From: Gemmatimonas sp.
GTDB lineage: Bacteria; Gemmatimonadota; Gemmatimonadetes; Gemmatimonadales; Gemmatimonadaceae
Reading direction: 5' to 3'
DNA length: 64,000 nt
Assembly (NCBI GenBank): GCA_965279375.1
Contig: OZ257156.1
Location: 896,001 to 960,000 of the forward strand
Part shown: positions 27,736 through 38,000 of the stretch, piece by piece
How the letters are laid out: each line of letters begins with the position of its first letter
Numbering within the stretch: the first letter of the stretch is position 1
The notes under the pieces: generated by a model
Told to the model about the DNA's origin: nothing
Databases searched by the model: none
What the model saw: only the letters and a program-made list of their open reading frames with translations
Position numbers and translations under genes: made by a program

Positions 27736-27845
27736 GCCTAACGATTGCGTTCGCTTGCAGGGCCCTTCCATAGGATGCCGACAGTGAGCACAGCGAACAG
27801 TCGGCAGTCCGTGAAGGCCCTGTCAAGCGCAACGCCGGGTTAGAC
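27736..27845 (-). mobile_element. Integron attC site
   Basis: Minus strand: GTCTAAC-CCGGC-GTTgCGCTTGaCAGGGCC...GGCCCTGCAAGCGAAC-GCAATC-GTTAGGC; canonical spacers and two extrahelical bases. Confidence 0.93.
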
Positions 27846-27864
27846 CGCAGCAACGCTGACGGTG

Positions 27865-28989
27865 CTAGTTGGGCGAGAGCGCGGCGAGGACCCGCCGTAA
27901 GATGTCCTCGGAGCGGCGCTGGCCGTAGGGGCGGCCGTAGGCGCTGGAGCTGATCGCCAGCACTGCGTCGTACGCGGGGATGACGTAGATCTTGTTGCCG
28001 CCGTTGCCCGACGCGAAGTGCACCGTGACGTGGCGGTCGCCGAGCGCATAAGTCTTCGTGTACCACAGGTAGCCATAGCTGTCCGCGTAGCGGTCGACCG
28101 CGCCGATGGACACGGAAGGGGCGAGGGCGTGGGCAATCCAGGCGCTGTCCACGAGTTGTTGCCCACCGGCACGCCCGTGGCGCAGCACCAACTCGCCAAT
28201 CGCGACCATATCCCGCACGCGGATCGACAGATTGCCTTGGCCCACCCCTTCGCCCCGCGGCCCGCGACGCCACGCAAATCGGGGCACGCCGAGCGGCCGA
28301 AACAGGACGCGGTTGGCGAAGTCCGCCAGCGGCGCCTGCGCCTGTTGCTCGACCACCCGCCCCGCGAGGAAGGCCGTGAGCGAGGAATAGACGTAGCGCT
28401 CGCCCGGGGGCGACGCCATCGGGACCGCGCGGACGAAGGCCATCCAATCCGGACTGTCGTCGAGACGGGTCTCATTTCCGCGCGCCAGCGAGTCCTCGTC
28501 GTCGGCGTCGAGTCCGGCGCGCATGGTAAGGAGATCGCGGAGACGAATGCGCTGCTGCGCGGGGGTCAGACTCCCTGGCAGGAGCGCGCCCAGGGGAGCG
28601 TCGAGCGTCTGGAGTGCCTGCGGTCCGAGGGCGATGCCGACCAGCAGCGCGGTAATGCTCTTGGTCGCCGACCGGATATCGTGCAACGTGGCGACCGCGT
28701 CGCCATTGAAGTACTGCTCGGCGACGCGTTGGCCATGCTGCTGCACGACCACGCCCTTCAGATCGCGGACCGAGTCCGCGCGATAGGACTGCAGGACGCG
28801 ATCGAGCGCCGGGCGGACCGCGCGCGCCGCGCGTTGGTGGGCCGTGTCGCTCGCCGGCACCCGTCGCCGCACGAGCGAATCACGCACTTGGGCGTGCAGT
28901 GGCTGGGATGACAATCCGCACCACAGGACGAAGCCCAGCACGACACGCGCACAGCGCAGGCGAGGTTCGACGCGGCGAAGGGTAGGCAT
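27865..28989 (-). CDS. Secreted serine hydrolase (beta-lactamase class C/AmpC-like fold) in a gene cassette
   Basis: Signal peptide; SATK (SxxK), LLTMRAG, YSS, YGYLW, ASGNGG; cassette ends form a 13-bp perfect inverted match. Confidence 0.88.
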   Translation of the reverse strand: MPTLRRVEPRLRCARVVLGFVLWCGLSSQPLHAQVRDSLVRRRVPASDTAHQRAARAVRPALDRVLQSYRADSVRDLKGVVVQQHGQRVAEQYFNGDAVATLHDIRSATKSITALLVGIALGPQALQTLDAPLGALLPGSLTPAQQRIRLRDLLTMRAGLDADDEDSLARGNETRLDDSPDWMAFVRAVPMASPPGERYVYSSLTAFLAGRVVEQQAQAPLADFANRVLFRPLGVPRFAWRRGPRGEGVGQGNLSIRVRDMVAIGELVLRHGRAGGQQLVDSAWIAHALAPSVSIGAVDRYADSYGYLWYTKTYALGDRHVTVHFASGNGGNKIYVIPAYDAVLAISSSAYGRPYGQRRSEDILRRVLAALSPN

Positions 28990-29034
28990 GCTCGCTCGGA
29001 CGTGCGCGCCGACGGAAAAGTTTGAAGAGCTGCG

Positions 29035-29149
29035 GTCTAACCCGCTTTCACCTGCACCCCTCAACAGAGCGAATCAATATCGCTCCAACCCTCGGCATGA
29101 CGACTGTAATCGCGCGGCAGTCGGCCCACATCGCACACGCCCGTTATCG
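29035..29149 (-). mobile_element. Decayed attC (or attI-like site) at the head of the array
   Basis: GTTAGAC core on the minus strand at 29035-29041; adjacent TTCACCTGCACCCCTCAACAG resembles the matching arm of the 15715 site; the opposite arm is poorly paired. Confidence 0.5.
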
Positions 29150-29183
29150 CGCAGTCGTCGGATCCTGCTCACGGCGCAAATTC

Positions 29184-29633
29184 TCAGTCACCTGCCCCAG
29201 GCACAACTCTCCACCCCGCATCCAACAACGGAACCGTCGCCGCCGCCGGCCCTCCGTCACGCGCACGCCCATGAATCTCCGCGCGTAGTACTGCCCCCGG
29301 CGACAGCAACACTGCTTGTATGAGCTCCTTCGCAACGCCGCCGAGCGGCACCTTCGCACGCCGCGACCACGGTGACGGCGGTCCGCCAGCGTACTGGCCG
29401 GCGTTGATGTACACGAACCGCCCCGCCGGTGGCCCCTGCACCTCGGGGCCCTTCAACACGAGCACACCGTCCGCGCGTACTACCGCTTCCACACGCAACT
29501 CGAACGTGACGCTATCGTCTGCGACGTGCATGGGCTCCACCAGCTCGAATCGTCCGCGCTGCATGCGCAGTTGGACCTCGGGATGTGGCGCACGCACCAC
29601 CACCTGCAACGTCAACGTGTCGGCCATCGTCAT
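29184..29633 (-). CDS. DUF5990-like hypothetical protein
   Basis: GPEVQGPPAGRFVYIN...WSRRAKVPL...DGGPAAATV recalled as DUF5990-like; start uncertain. Confidence 0.65.
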   Translation of the reverse strand: MTMADTLTLQVVVRAPHPEVQLRMQRGRFELVEPMHVADDSVTFELRVEAVVRADGVLVLKGPEVQGPPAGRFVYINAGQYAGGPPSPWSRRAKVPLGGVAKELIQAVLLSPGAVLRAEIHGRARDGGPAAATVPLLDAGWRVVPGAGD

Positions 29634-29742
29634 TCCTGTCGATGTGCGAGAAACTGACTTCGCAGCGAGCACCCTTGCGACCAATTCTCGTGGCGAGTCG
29701 CTAAACCTCTCTTTCCCATCGCCGCGAATCGAGCGCCGTTCG

Positions 29743-32574
29743 TCACCCGCTGTTCCGCAGCCCCGCGCTGATGCCGTTGATGGTCAGGTGAATGCCACGC
29801 TCCAGTCGCTCATCCAACGGCTCCCCACGCGCTTCCGCGTTGCGGAGCCGTTGCAGCATGGCAATCTGCAGATGGTTCAGTGGATCCATGTACGGAAAGC
29901 GATTGGCGATCGAGCGCGCCAACAGTCGGTTGTCCACCAGAAACCGCGACTGTCCCGTAATCGACCACAGCGCCTCCTTGCTGCGATGCCACTCGGCTTC
30001 GATCCGCCCAAAGATGTTCGTGCGGAGCGACACATCCGTCACCAACTCCGCGTAGCGCGATGCGATCGGCAAGTCGGACTTGGCCAGCACCATGTCCATG
30101 TTGGACAACAGACTCCGAAAGAACGGCCACGTCTGCGCCATGCGCTGCAGCGTGGTTAACCCATCCGGCACCTCGCGCAGCCACGCGTCGACCGCGCTAC
30201 CGAAACCGTACCACCCCGGCAGCATCACGCGACTCTGCGCCCACGCGAACACCCACGGAATCGCGCGCAGATCTTCAATGCGATCGGAGCCGCTGCGCGA
30301 CGCCGGCCGACTGCCGATGTTGAGCGTGGCGATCGCCGACAGCGGCGTGCTTTCACGAAAATACTGCGCGAATCCGGGCGTTTCGTACACGAGTGCTCTA
30401 TACGCGGCATACGCGTGCGCCGACAACCGGTCCATCACTGGCCGATACTGCGCGCCACGCTCACTCTCCTGCGCGTGATCGGTGAGCGACGCCTCGAGAG
30501 TCGCGGCGACGAAGATCTCGAGATTGCGACGCGCCACATCGGGGTTGGCATACTTGGATGCGATCACTTCGCCCTGCTCGGTGATGCGGATCTGCCCCTG
30601 CACGGCGCCCGCCGGCTGCGCGAGAATCGCTGAGTAGCTGGGGCCACCGCCGCGCCCCACCGACCCGCCGCGCCCATGAAACAGCCGCATCTGCACGCCG
30701 TGCAATGCAAACACGCGCGTCAGCTCCACCTCAGCTTGATACAGCTCCCACCCCGAGGTCAGAAAGCCTCCGTCCTTGTTGCTGTCGGAGTAGCCGAGCA
30801 TGACCTCCTGCGTGTCACCGTGAGAGGCGACCATCGCGCGATAGATCGGGAGCGAGAACGCCGATTGCATCGTGGCGCCGGCGCGCCGCAGGTCGTCGAT
30901 GGTCTCGAAGAGCGGGATGATCTGCATCGACAGCGTGGGCACGACACCACCACGCAGCAGCCCCGCTTCCTTGAGCAGCAGCGCAACTTCGAGCAAGTCG
31001 GAGACGCCGTCGCACTTGGAGATGATGCAGTGCGGTAACGCCGCATTGCCGTAGCGCGCACGCAACTCAGCCGCGACAAAGAAGATCGACAGCTCGCCGC
31101 TCGTCTCCGGTGAGTAGGTGAGGTACGGTGCGTACAGCGGACGCGTGCCGGCGAGTTCGCTGGTGAGCAACGCAATGCGCGCGGCTTCGTCGAGCGACGC
31201 GTAGCCATCGGTGACGCCGGCGCGCGTCAGCAGCTCGCCCACCACGCGCGCATGCACGTCGGAGTTCTGCCGCAGGTCGAGCGGTGCCAGATGAAATCCG
31301 AATACGTCCACAGCGCGCAACAACCGACGCAACCGACCGTTAGCTAATCTGGCCACGCCATTCGCACGCAGCGACTCGCGCACCACGCGCAAGTCGCTCG
31401 CGAACTCGTCGGCCGTGGCGTACGGCGCTCCGTCGGCCACCGCCGCGCGCGCTGGCTGCGCCTGCACCAGCGCGTGCATCGTGGCGGCCATGCGCGCATA
31501 CATACCGATCAACGCGCGGCGATAGGGCTCGTCCACGCGCTGCGGCGACGTATCCGGAGAACGCGCCGACAGTTCAAGCAGCGCTGGCGACACATCGAGC
31601 AGCAGCTGCGACAATGGCAAGTCTTCGCCCAGCGCATGAATCTCGTCCAGATAGAAAGACAGGGCGGCCGTGGACTGCAGTCGCACCGTTTCGCGCAGAA
31701 TCTCCGCGGTCACATACGGATTGCCGTCTCGATCGCCACCAATCCAACTGCCGATGCGGAAGAAGTTCGGCAGCTCCCACTGTTCTTCGGGAAAGCGCGC
31801 GCGCAGCAGATCTTCCATCGTGCTGTACAGCCGCGGCACTTCAGCGAAGAAGGTGCTGTGAAAGTAGTTGACGCCGTTCTTCACCTCGTCGATCACGCGC
31901 AGTCGCGTCGGGCGCACCAACCGCGTGTGCCACAACGTGAGCACGAGTTGCGAGAGCTCATCGTCGATGGCGGTGCGTTCCGTCGGCGTGAGCGCCACAC
32001 GATCCCGTCGATCCAAGAGTCCTGCCACGGCGTGCAACCCACGCTGTGTACTCTGTCGCAAGACTTCGGTGGGGTGCGCCGTCAGCACCGGCGAGATGTG
32101 CGCCTGCGCAAAGAAGGCCGCAATGCGATCCGACAGCGCAGCATCGCCTTCCTTCGAGACCTCGTCCACCGCATACGGCAAGCTGCCCTCGCGCGGAGGC
32201 GAGCCCGCCAGGTCATGCGCCCGACGACGCCGAATCGTGTGCGCGTCCTCGGCGATGTTCGCCAGCTGCAGGAAGTACGTAAACGCGCGAACCACGGGCA
32301 GAATGCGCTGACGCGGCAAGTCGTCGAGCAGCTCGTGCAGCGCTTCGCGGTACTCCGGCTTCCCTTCGCGGGCAAAGCGGATCGCCGTCTTTCGCACCGT
32401 CTCCACCAGGGCGAACGCGTCGTCTCCCTCCTGGTCGCGCAGCGTGTCGCCGAGCACGCGGCCCAGAAGCCGGATGTCGTCGCGGAGTGGACGATCGGTG
32501 TCGGGCACTGCGCCGAACGGTGCCGACCCGGGGGACGCCGCGTCTGGAACAGTTGCTGGGAACGTGTCAGCCAT
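29743..32574 (-). CDS. ppc: Phosphoenolpyruvate carboxylase
   Basis: VLTAHPTE, SWIGGDRDGNP, PLFET, QEVMLGYSDSNKDGG, FHGRGGSVGRGG, LRAIPW, C-terminal GLRNSG. Confidence 0.97.
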   Translation of the reverse strand: MADTFPATVPDAASPGSAPFGAVPDTDRPLRDDIRLLGRVLGDTLRDQEGDDAFALVETVRKTAIRFAREGKPEYREALHELLDDLPRQRILPVVRAFTYFLQLANIAEDAHTIRRRRAHDLAGSPPREGSLPYAVDEVSKEGDAALSDRIAAFFAQAHISPVLTAHPTEVLRQSTQRGLHAVAGLLDRRDRVALTPTERTAIDDELSQLVLTLWHTRLVRPTRLRVIDEVKNGVNYFHSTFFAEVPRLYSTMEDLLRARFPEEQWELPNFFRIGSWIGGDRDGNPYVTAEILRETVRLQSTAALSFYLDEIHALGEDLPLSQLLLDVSPALLELSARSPDTSPQRVDEPYRRALIGMYARMAATMHALVQAQPARAAVADGAPYATADEFASDLRVVRESLRANGVARLANGRLRRLLRAVDVFGFHLAPLDLRQNSDVHARVVGELLTRAGVTDGYASLDEAARIALLTSELAGTRPLYAPYLTYSPETSGELSIFFVAAELRARYGNAALPHCIISKCDGVSDLLEVALLLKEAGLLRGGVVPTLSMQIIPLFETIDDLRRAGATMQSAFSLPIYRAMVASHGDTQEVMLGYSDSNKDGGFLTSGWELYQAEVELTRVFALHGVQMRLFHGRGGSVGRGGGPSYSAILAQPAGAVQGQIRITEQGEVIASKYANPDVARRNLEIFVAATLEASLTDHAQESERGAQYRPVMDRLSAHAYAAYRALVYETPGFAQYFRESTPLSAIATLNIGSRPASRSGSDRIEDLRAIPWVFAWAQSRVMLPGWYGFGSAVDAWLREVPDGLTTLQRMAQTWPFFRSLLSNMDMVLAKSDLPIASRYAELVTDVSLRTNIFGRIEAEWHRSKEALWSITGQSRFLVDNRLLARSIANRFPYMDPLNHLQIAMLQRLRNAEARGEPLDERLERGIHLTINGISAGLRNSG

Positions 32575-32769
32575 ACCGCAATATGGTGAAGGCCTCGGGT
32601 GCGGCGCGTCCTCGCGCGCGCGCGCCAGATCCCTCTCCATGGACAAGCGCCCGAGGTGCGCAAATGTTCAGGGTTCTGGACTGACGCGGCGCGGCCAATG
32701 GGCGGGCCTGCGTTCGCCTAACTGGGTAAGCCCCCGTAGCATTTCAGCACACCCAAAGGAGCACCACGC

Positions 32770-33339
32770 ATGAGCTCATCGCCGGACGAACAGGTGGCCA
32801 AGATGGTGGCGCAGCTCAAGTCCACCACCGGGCGGAACATCGACGAGTGGCTGAAGCTGACCCGCGCGAGCGGGAAGGCAAAGCACGGCGAGCTCGTCTC
32901 GTGGCTCAAGGCCGAGCACGGCATCACACATGGCTATGCCAACCTGATCTCGCACCAGACCTTTCGCTCCGATTCGGCGTCGATGCGGAACGAAGGCGAA
33001 GACCTCGTCGGCGCGATGTTCACGGGTGAGAAGGCGGCGCTGCGTCCCATCTTCGACGCGCTGCTGCAAGGCATCCACGCGTTCGGCGGTGATATCGAGG
33101 AGTCGCCGAAGAAGGGCTACCTCAGCCTGCGCCGCAAAGCCCAGTTCGCCACGCTTCATCCGTCGACCAAGACACGGCTGGACCTCGGGCTCAAGCTGAA
33201 AGGCGTCGAGCCGATCGGACGCCTTGAAGCGGCGGGGTCGTGGAACGCGATGATGTCGCATCGAGTTCGGATCGCCGAGGTACGAGAGGTGGACGCCGAG
33301 GTCCTGGCGTGGCTTCGCAAAGCGTACGACAGCGCCTGA
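32770..33339 (+). CDS. DUF4287/DUF5655-like protein
   Basis: TGRNIDEW...KHGELVSWLKAEHGITHGYAN, PKKGYLSLRR, WLRKAYD; GGAG RBS. Confidence 0.75.
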   Translation: MSSSPDEQVAKMVAQLKSTTGRNIDEWLKLTRASGKAKHGELVSWLKAEHGITHGYANLISHQTFRSDSASMRNEGEDLVGAMFTGEKAALRPIFDALLQGIHAFGGDIEESPKKGYLSLRRKAQFATLHPSTKTRLDLGLKLKGVEPIGRLEAAGSWNAMMSHRVRIAEVREVDAEVLAWLRKAYDSA

Positions 33340-33400
33340 CCCTCGGCTTCCTGATACAGCGATACGGTGTGCGCGGCGGTGCGCCGACGTAGCATTCGGC

Positions 33401-33847
33401 ATGACCACTCGCCAGCTCACGGCCGCGTTACTGCTCGCCACTTCGCTCGTTGCGGTCGGTTGCGGCCTGCTCCCCGAGACCACCCGTCGTCAGGTGGCGA
33501 TGATAGGTGGCCCGTCGCTTCAGCGCATCGATGCGCCCGACACGGTGCGTGCAGGCGAGTTCTTCTCGATAACCGTGCACAGCTGGGGCAGCGGCTCGCG
33601 CCGGTGCAACGAACCCGACGGCGAGATCGTCGAAACGCGCGGCGCGATCATCCGCATCAAGCCCTACGACAAGGTGCCGACCGGCGAACTCGTGTGCACC
33701 GCAGACCTGCGCAACTATCCACGTCCGCTCTCCGTGCGCTTCGCGAACGCGGGCACCGGCACGATCCGCCTGGTCGGCAACGTGGACTCTCGCGGCGCAT
33801 CCAGTTCGCTCGATTCCCTCGAGCGCACGGTGATCGTGAAGCCCTGA
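33401..33847 (+). CDS. Hypothetical lipoprotein
   Basis: Hydrophobic leader with lipobox-like AVGC; beta-rich body with a Cys pair. Confidence 0.6.
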   Translation: MTTRQLTAALLLATSLVAVGCGLLPETTRRQVAMIGGPSLQRIDAPDTVRAGEFFSITVHSWGSGSRRCNEPDGEIVETRGAIIRIKPYDKVPTGELVCTADLRNYPRPLSVRFANAGTGTIRLVGNVDSRGASSSLDSLERTVIVKP

Positions 33848-33872
33848 TGCGCGGCAGGTAGCTGGGAGAGGG

Positions 33873-34952
33873 CTACCGGCCCAGTCCCTTCACCACGACG
33901 TCCGGGAAGTCCCCAAAGATCCCGTCCACGCCCAGACGCTGCATCTCGCGCGCCTCGGCCAGCGGATCACCGCCGTAGCGTTTGGGGAGAAACACCGCCT
34001 CCGACCGCAGCGTCCACACGTGCACCTTGAGGCCCGCGGCGTGCGCGTCGGCCACCAGCGACGTCGGCTTCGCGCTGCTGTCGGCGCCCACCACCAACCG
34101 CGTGTTCGCGCCCACGCCGTAGGCATAGCGCGCCATCGTCCGCAGCGCCGTCGGCGTCACCTGCGCAGGAAACGACACCAGATAGATCAGCCGGACCTTC
34201 GTCTCCTTGGCCAGCTGCTCGAGATTCCCCGACTCGAAGCTCTGGATGAAGACCGGCGCGTCCCGGCGATCGAGCCCGTGCGCCTTGAGTGCCGCCAGGA
34301 GCTTGGGCTCGATCGGCAAGCCAATCGAGCGGAAGTAGGTGGGATGCTTCGTTTCCGGATACACGCCCACCGCACGGCCACGGCGGCGCCCGGCGCTGTC
34401 CGCCAAGGCCAACACTTCCTCGAACGTCGGCACCGCGTACAGGCCGTCATTGGCATGCGACCGAAACGCCAGTCGCTCCTTCGCGCGCAGCGTCTTGAGC
34501 TCGGCGAGCGTGAAGTCCTCGGTGAACCAGCCACGCATCGAGTCGCCGTCCACCACCTTCACGGTCTTCCGCGCGGGAAATTTCTCCGCAACATCGGTGG
34601 TGGTCCCGATCTCGTTCTCGTGCCGTGCCACCAGCACGCCGTCCTTGGTGCTGACGAGATCCGGCTCGATGTAGTCCGCGCCCATGCTGATCGCGAGTGC
34701 GTACGCCGCCAGTGTGTGCTCCGGGCGGTGTCCGCTCGCACCTCGGTGCGCGATCACGATGGGCACCGGTTCCGCCGCTGCGGAGGGACCGGAGGCGACA
34801 GATGGCGCATTGCCGGCGCAGGCCGTCATCGCAGACACCAGCGCGACGAGCAGCGTCATCGGAAAAGCAGACTTGGCGCCGCGGGACGCAACGCTTGGGC
34901 GTGGCGTCGGTGTCACACGAGCAGTCGTGTGAAGCATCGTGTGTGGGGTCAT
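33873..34952 (-). CDS. Glycerophosphodiester phosphodiesterase
   Basis: IAHRGASG, PEHT, IEPDLV, YPETKHP, IQSFE, DGIFGDFP; start uncertain. Confidence 0.93.
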   Translation of the reverse strand: MTPHTMLHTTARVTPTPRPSVASRGAKSAFPMTLLVALVSAMTACAGNAPSVASGPSAAAEPVPIVIAHRGASGHRPEHTLAAYALAISMGADYIEPDLVSTKDGVLVARHENEIGTTTDVAEKFPARKTVKVVDGDSMRGWFTEDFTLAELKTLRAKERLAFRSHANDGLYAVPTFEEVLALADSAGRRRGRAVGVYPETKHPTYFRSIGLPIEPKLLAALKAHGLDRRDAPVFIQSFESGNLEQLAKETKVRLIYLVSFPAQVTPTALRTMARYAYGVGANTRLVVGADSSAKPTSLVADAHAAGLKVHVWTLRSEAVFLPKRYGGDPLAEAREMQRLGVDGIFGDFPDVVVKGLGR

Positions 34953-35092
34953 GATGGGTGGCATGTCGCACGAAATTAGCGGCGCCACTACTCGCCGGCC
35001 CTCGCTCTCGTCCCTTGTTACCGCGTCGCGACGGAACTTTTCGGTTCCAGCCGTAGTGTAGGCATGCAGTCCCCAGCGTCTCCTCTCTGATA

Positions 35093-38000
35093 ATGACCGC
35101 CTCGCACGTGCAGGATCTCCACGCCCGACTGTCGAAGGCGCTCGAAGGCCAATACAAGATCCTCCAACCGCTCGGTCAGGGCGGCATGGGGATGGTCTTT
35201 CTCGCACGCGACATCACGCTCGATCGGCCGGTCGCGATCAAAGTCATTTCGGCGGAAGTCGGCACCAGCGTCGAGTTGCGCGAACGCTTTGCTCTCGAGG
35301 CGCGCACCGTCGCGCGTCTGCGGCACCCCAACATCGTGGCTGTCTTTGCCGCCGGCGAAGTCGACGGGCTCCTCTACTTCGTCATGGAGTACGTGCCGGG
35401 CGAAAGCCTGCGCGAGCGCCTCCTGCGCGATCGCACGCTGCGCGCCGACGAAGCGGTCCCCCTGCTGCGCGACCTCGCCCTCGCGCTCGACTACGCACAC
35501 GCGGCCGGCATCGTCCATCGCGACGTGAAGCCGGAAAACGTCCTGCTCGATCGGGAAACGGGACGGGCGATGCTCACCGACTTCGGCGTCTCACGCGCCC
35601 TCTCGAACCCCACCAACATCACCGGCGGTGGATTCGTCCTCGGCTCGCCGCGCTACATGAGCCCCGAACAGGCCGCCGGCGAAGACACGCTCGACGGGCG
35701 GAGCGACCTCTATTCACTCGGACTGGTCGCCTACGAGTCGCTCACGGGCGCGCCGCCGATCGACGCACCGACCGCCGCGCAGATCCTCGTCAAACAGATC
35801 TCCGAGAAGATCGAACCGCTTGGCAAGAAGGCACCCAAGCTGCCATCGGACGTGACATCATCCGTCGACCGACTGCTGCACAAGCTCCCCGGCGAGCGAT
35901 TCCAGCGAGGCGCCGAGTTCGCGGCGGCGCTCACCGGCGAAGACTTCGATGCGTCGACGCCGACGCACCAGATCGGACGCATCGTGTCCGGGCCTCGTCG
36001 CGCTGCTGGCAGCCGCAGGCGCGCACGCCCCCTCGCGGCAATTGCATCGCTGCTGGTCGCGCTCGTCGCGATCTTTGCCTGGACGCGCACGCATCAGCCG
36101 GCGGCGAACGACCGCGCGTGGTTCGTCGCCCCCTTCGAGGTGCAGGGCCCCGATCGCTCCCTCGACTGGCTGCGCGAGGGGTCTCTCAACATGCTCACGC
36201 TCTCGCTCGCGCAGTGGACCGACCTCCACGTGATCGAGTACGAGCGCACGCTCGACTTGCTGCGCAACGCAAAACTCGAAGGACAACCGCGCGTTGGACT
36301 CGACGACGCGCGCACGCTGGCCAAGCGGGTCGGTGCCGGACGATTGGTCATGGGACAGGTGGCCACGATGGGCGACTCGATCGTCGTGACCGCCAGCCTC
36401 TATGACGTGAACTCCGGACAGAGCACCGACAAGGCGCGCATCGCCGCAGCCAAGGGAAGCGATCCGCGTCCGCTCTTTGAATCCGTCGCCGGCGAACTGC
36501 TCGATCTCGTTGGCGCACCGCGTCTCACATTCGACCTGGCCAAGCAGACCACCAGCTCGGTCACCGCCTATCGTTTCTACCTCGAGGGGCTGCGCCATCT
36601 CAATCGCTGGCGCTTGCGTCAGGCCGACACCGCCTTTGCGCGCGCCATCGCCACCGACTCCACCTTCGCCCTCGCGCACTACAAACGCTCGCTCGCGCTC
36701 GGCTGGGAAAGCAGCACCGACAGCGCGCGTCTGACCGGTGCGGAAAAGGCGGTGCAGTTCGCCGAGCGACTACCCACGCGGCAACAGGAGATCGTGCGTG
36801 GCCATCTCGATCTCACGCGCGCCTTCGACGCGATGCAGCGCGGCGATACGGCGGGCACGCGCGGCGGCTTTCTCGCCTCACGCAACCGACTGGCGCGGCT
36901 GATCGCGGTGGATTCCACGGATGCAGAGGCCTGGTATGCCCTCGCCGATGCCGACTTTCATCTCGCACTCAACACCACGTACGGATACTCTGCGGACAGT
37001 CTCGCCAAGTATCTAACGGAATCGCTGCGCGGTTTCAGACGAACCATTCACATCGACTCCACCTTCCATCTCGCACATCAGCACCTGGTCGAGATGTATG
37101 GGTTGGCGGCGAACAGTGCCTCGCTGGTGGTGCTGAGCGGCGACACGATCAGGGCGGCTGGCACCAGCGAGGCGGAGCGTCGCATCGGATCGGTCGAACA
37201 GGTGAAGGTGCTACGGGATCAGGCGCAGTCAATGGCGCGGGAAGCCGCGGGCGGTTGGGTGGCTGCAGATCCTGACGCTATCAATGCGCGCAGCACTTTG
37301 GCCAGCATGTTCGAGCAGATGGCCGAGCCGGATAGCGCCATCTCTGCGTTACGCGACGCACTCGCGCGTCCCGCCACCGCCGAGCCGAGCTTCGAATGGC
37401 GTATTCCGCTTATCAAGGCGCGCGCAGGGATGCCGTCGGCCGGCCCCGAACTGCGCGCGGTGATGGCGCGTTTCCCGGCGGACTCGGTGCGTCGCTTCCC
37501 GACGGCCGATCGCTTGCAGGGCGTGCTCGGCGCCATGACCGTCGGTGGCCAGACGGGGATGCCGTCGCTCGTGGATTCCGCGGCTCGACTGCTCAACGCG
37601 ACGGATCCGGTGATGCCCGGCCCCGATCCCATTCGCACGATGCTGGTCACGTCGTGGTTGTCATCGGGGATCAAGGTGGGGATGGGACTGCCGATGAATG
37701 GCGCGACACGAGCGGTGCTGCTGGACGGCGTGCGCACGATCGAACGCGTGCAGGTGGATGCGCGCCGCGATGCGTCCACGCCGTACATGGTCTTTCTCGA
37801 AACGCGTGATCCAGCGTTCGCCGAGATCGCGCGCCGCTGGAGTCCAGCGCCAGCGACCGGTTATCCGGAGTTGGATGCGCTCGCCGCCATCCGGCGCGGC
37901 GACACCGCCACCGCGATGCGCATCGCGCAGGCGTTCCCCTCAGCCGACTCGCTGCGCCGCGCCGCTCTGGGGATGACCGGTATGCGGACCATTGCCCGCG

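Noticed and set aside
29041..29740. Integron integrase expected at the head of the array
   Set aside because: Only a DUF5990-like gene and ppc follow; no tyrosine-recombinase R-H-R-Y motifs in any listed frame.
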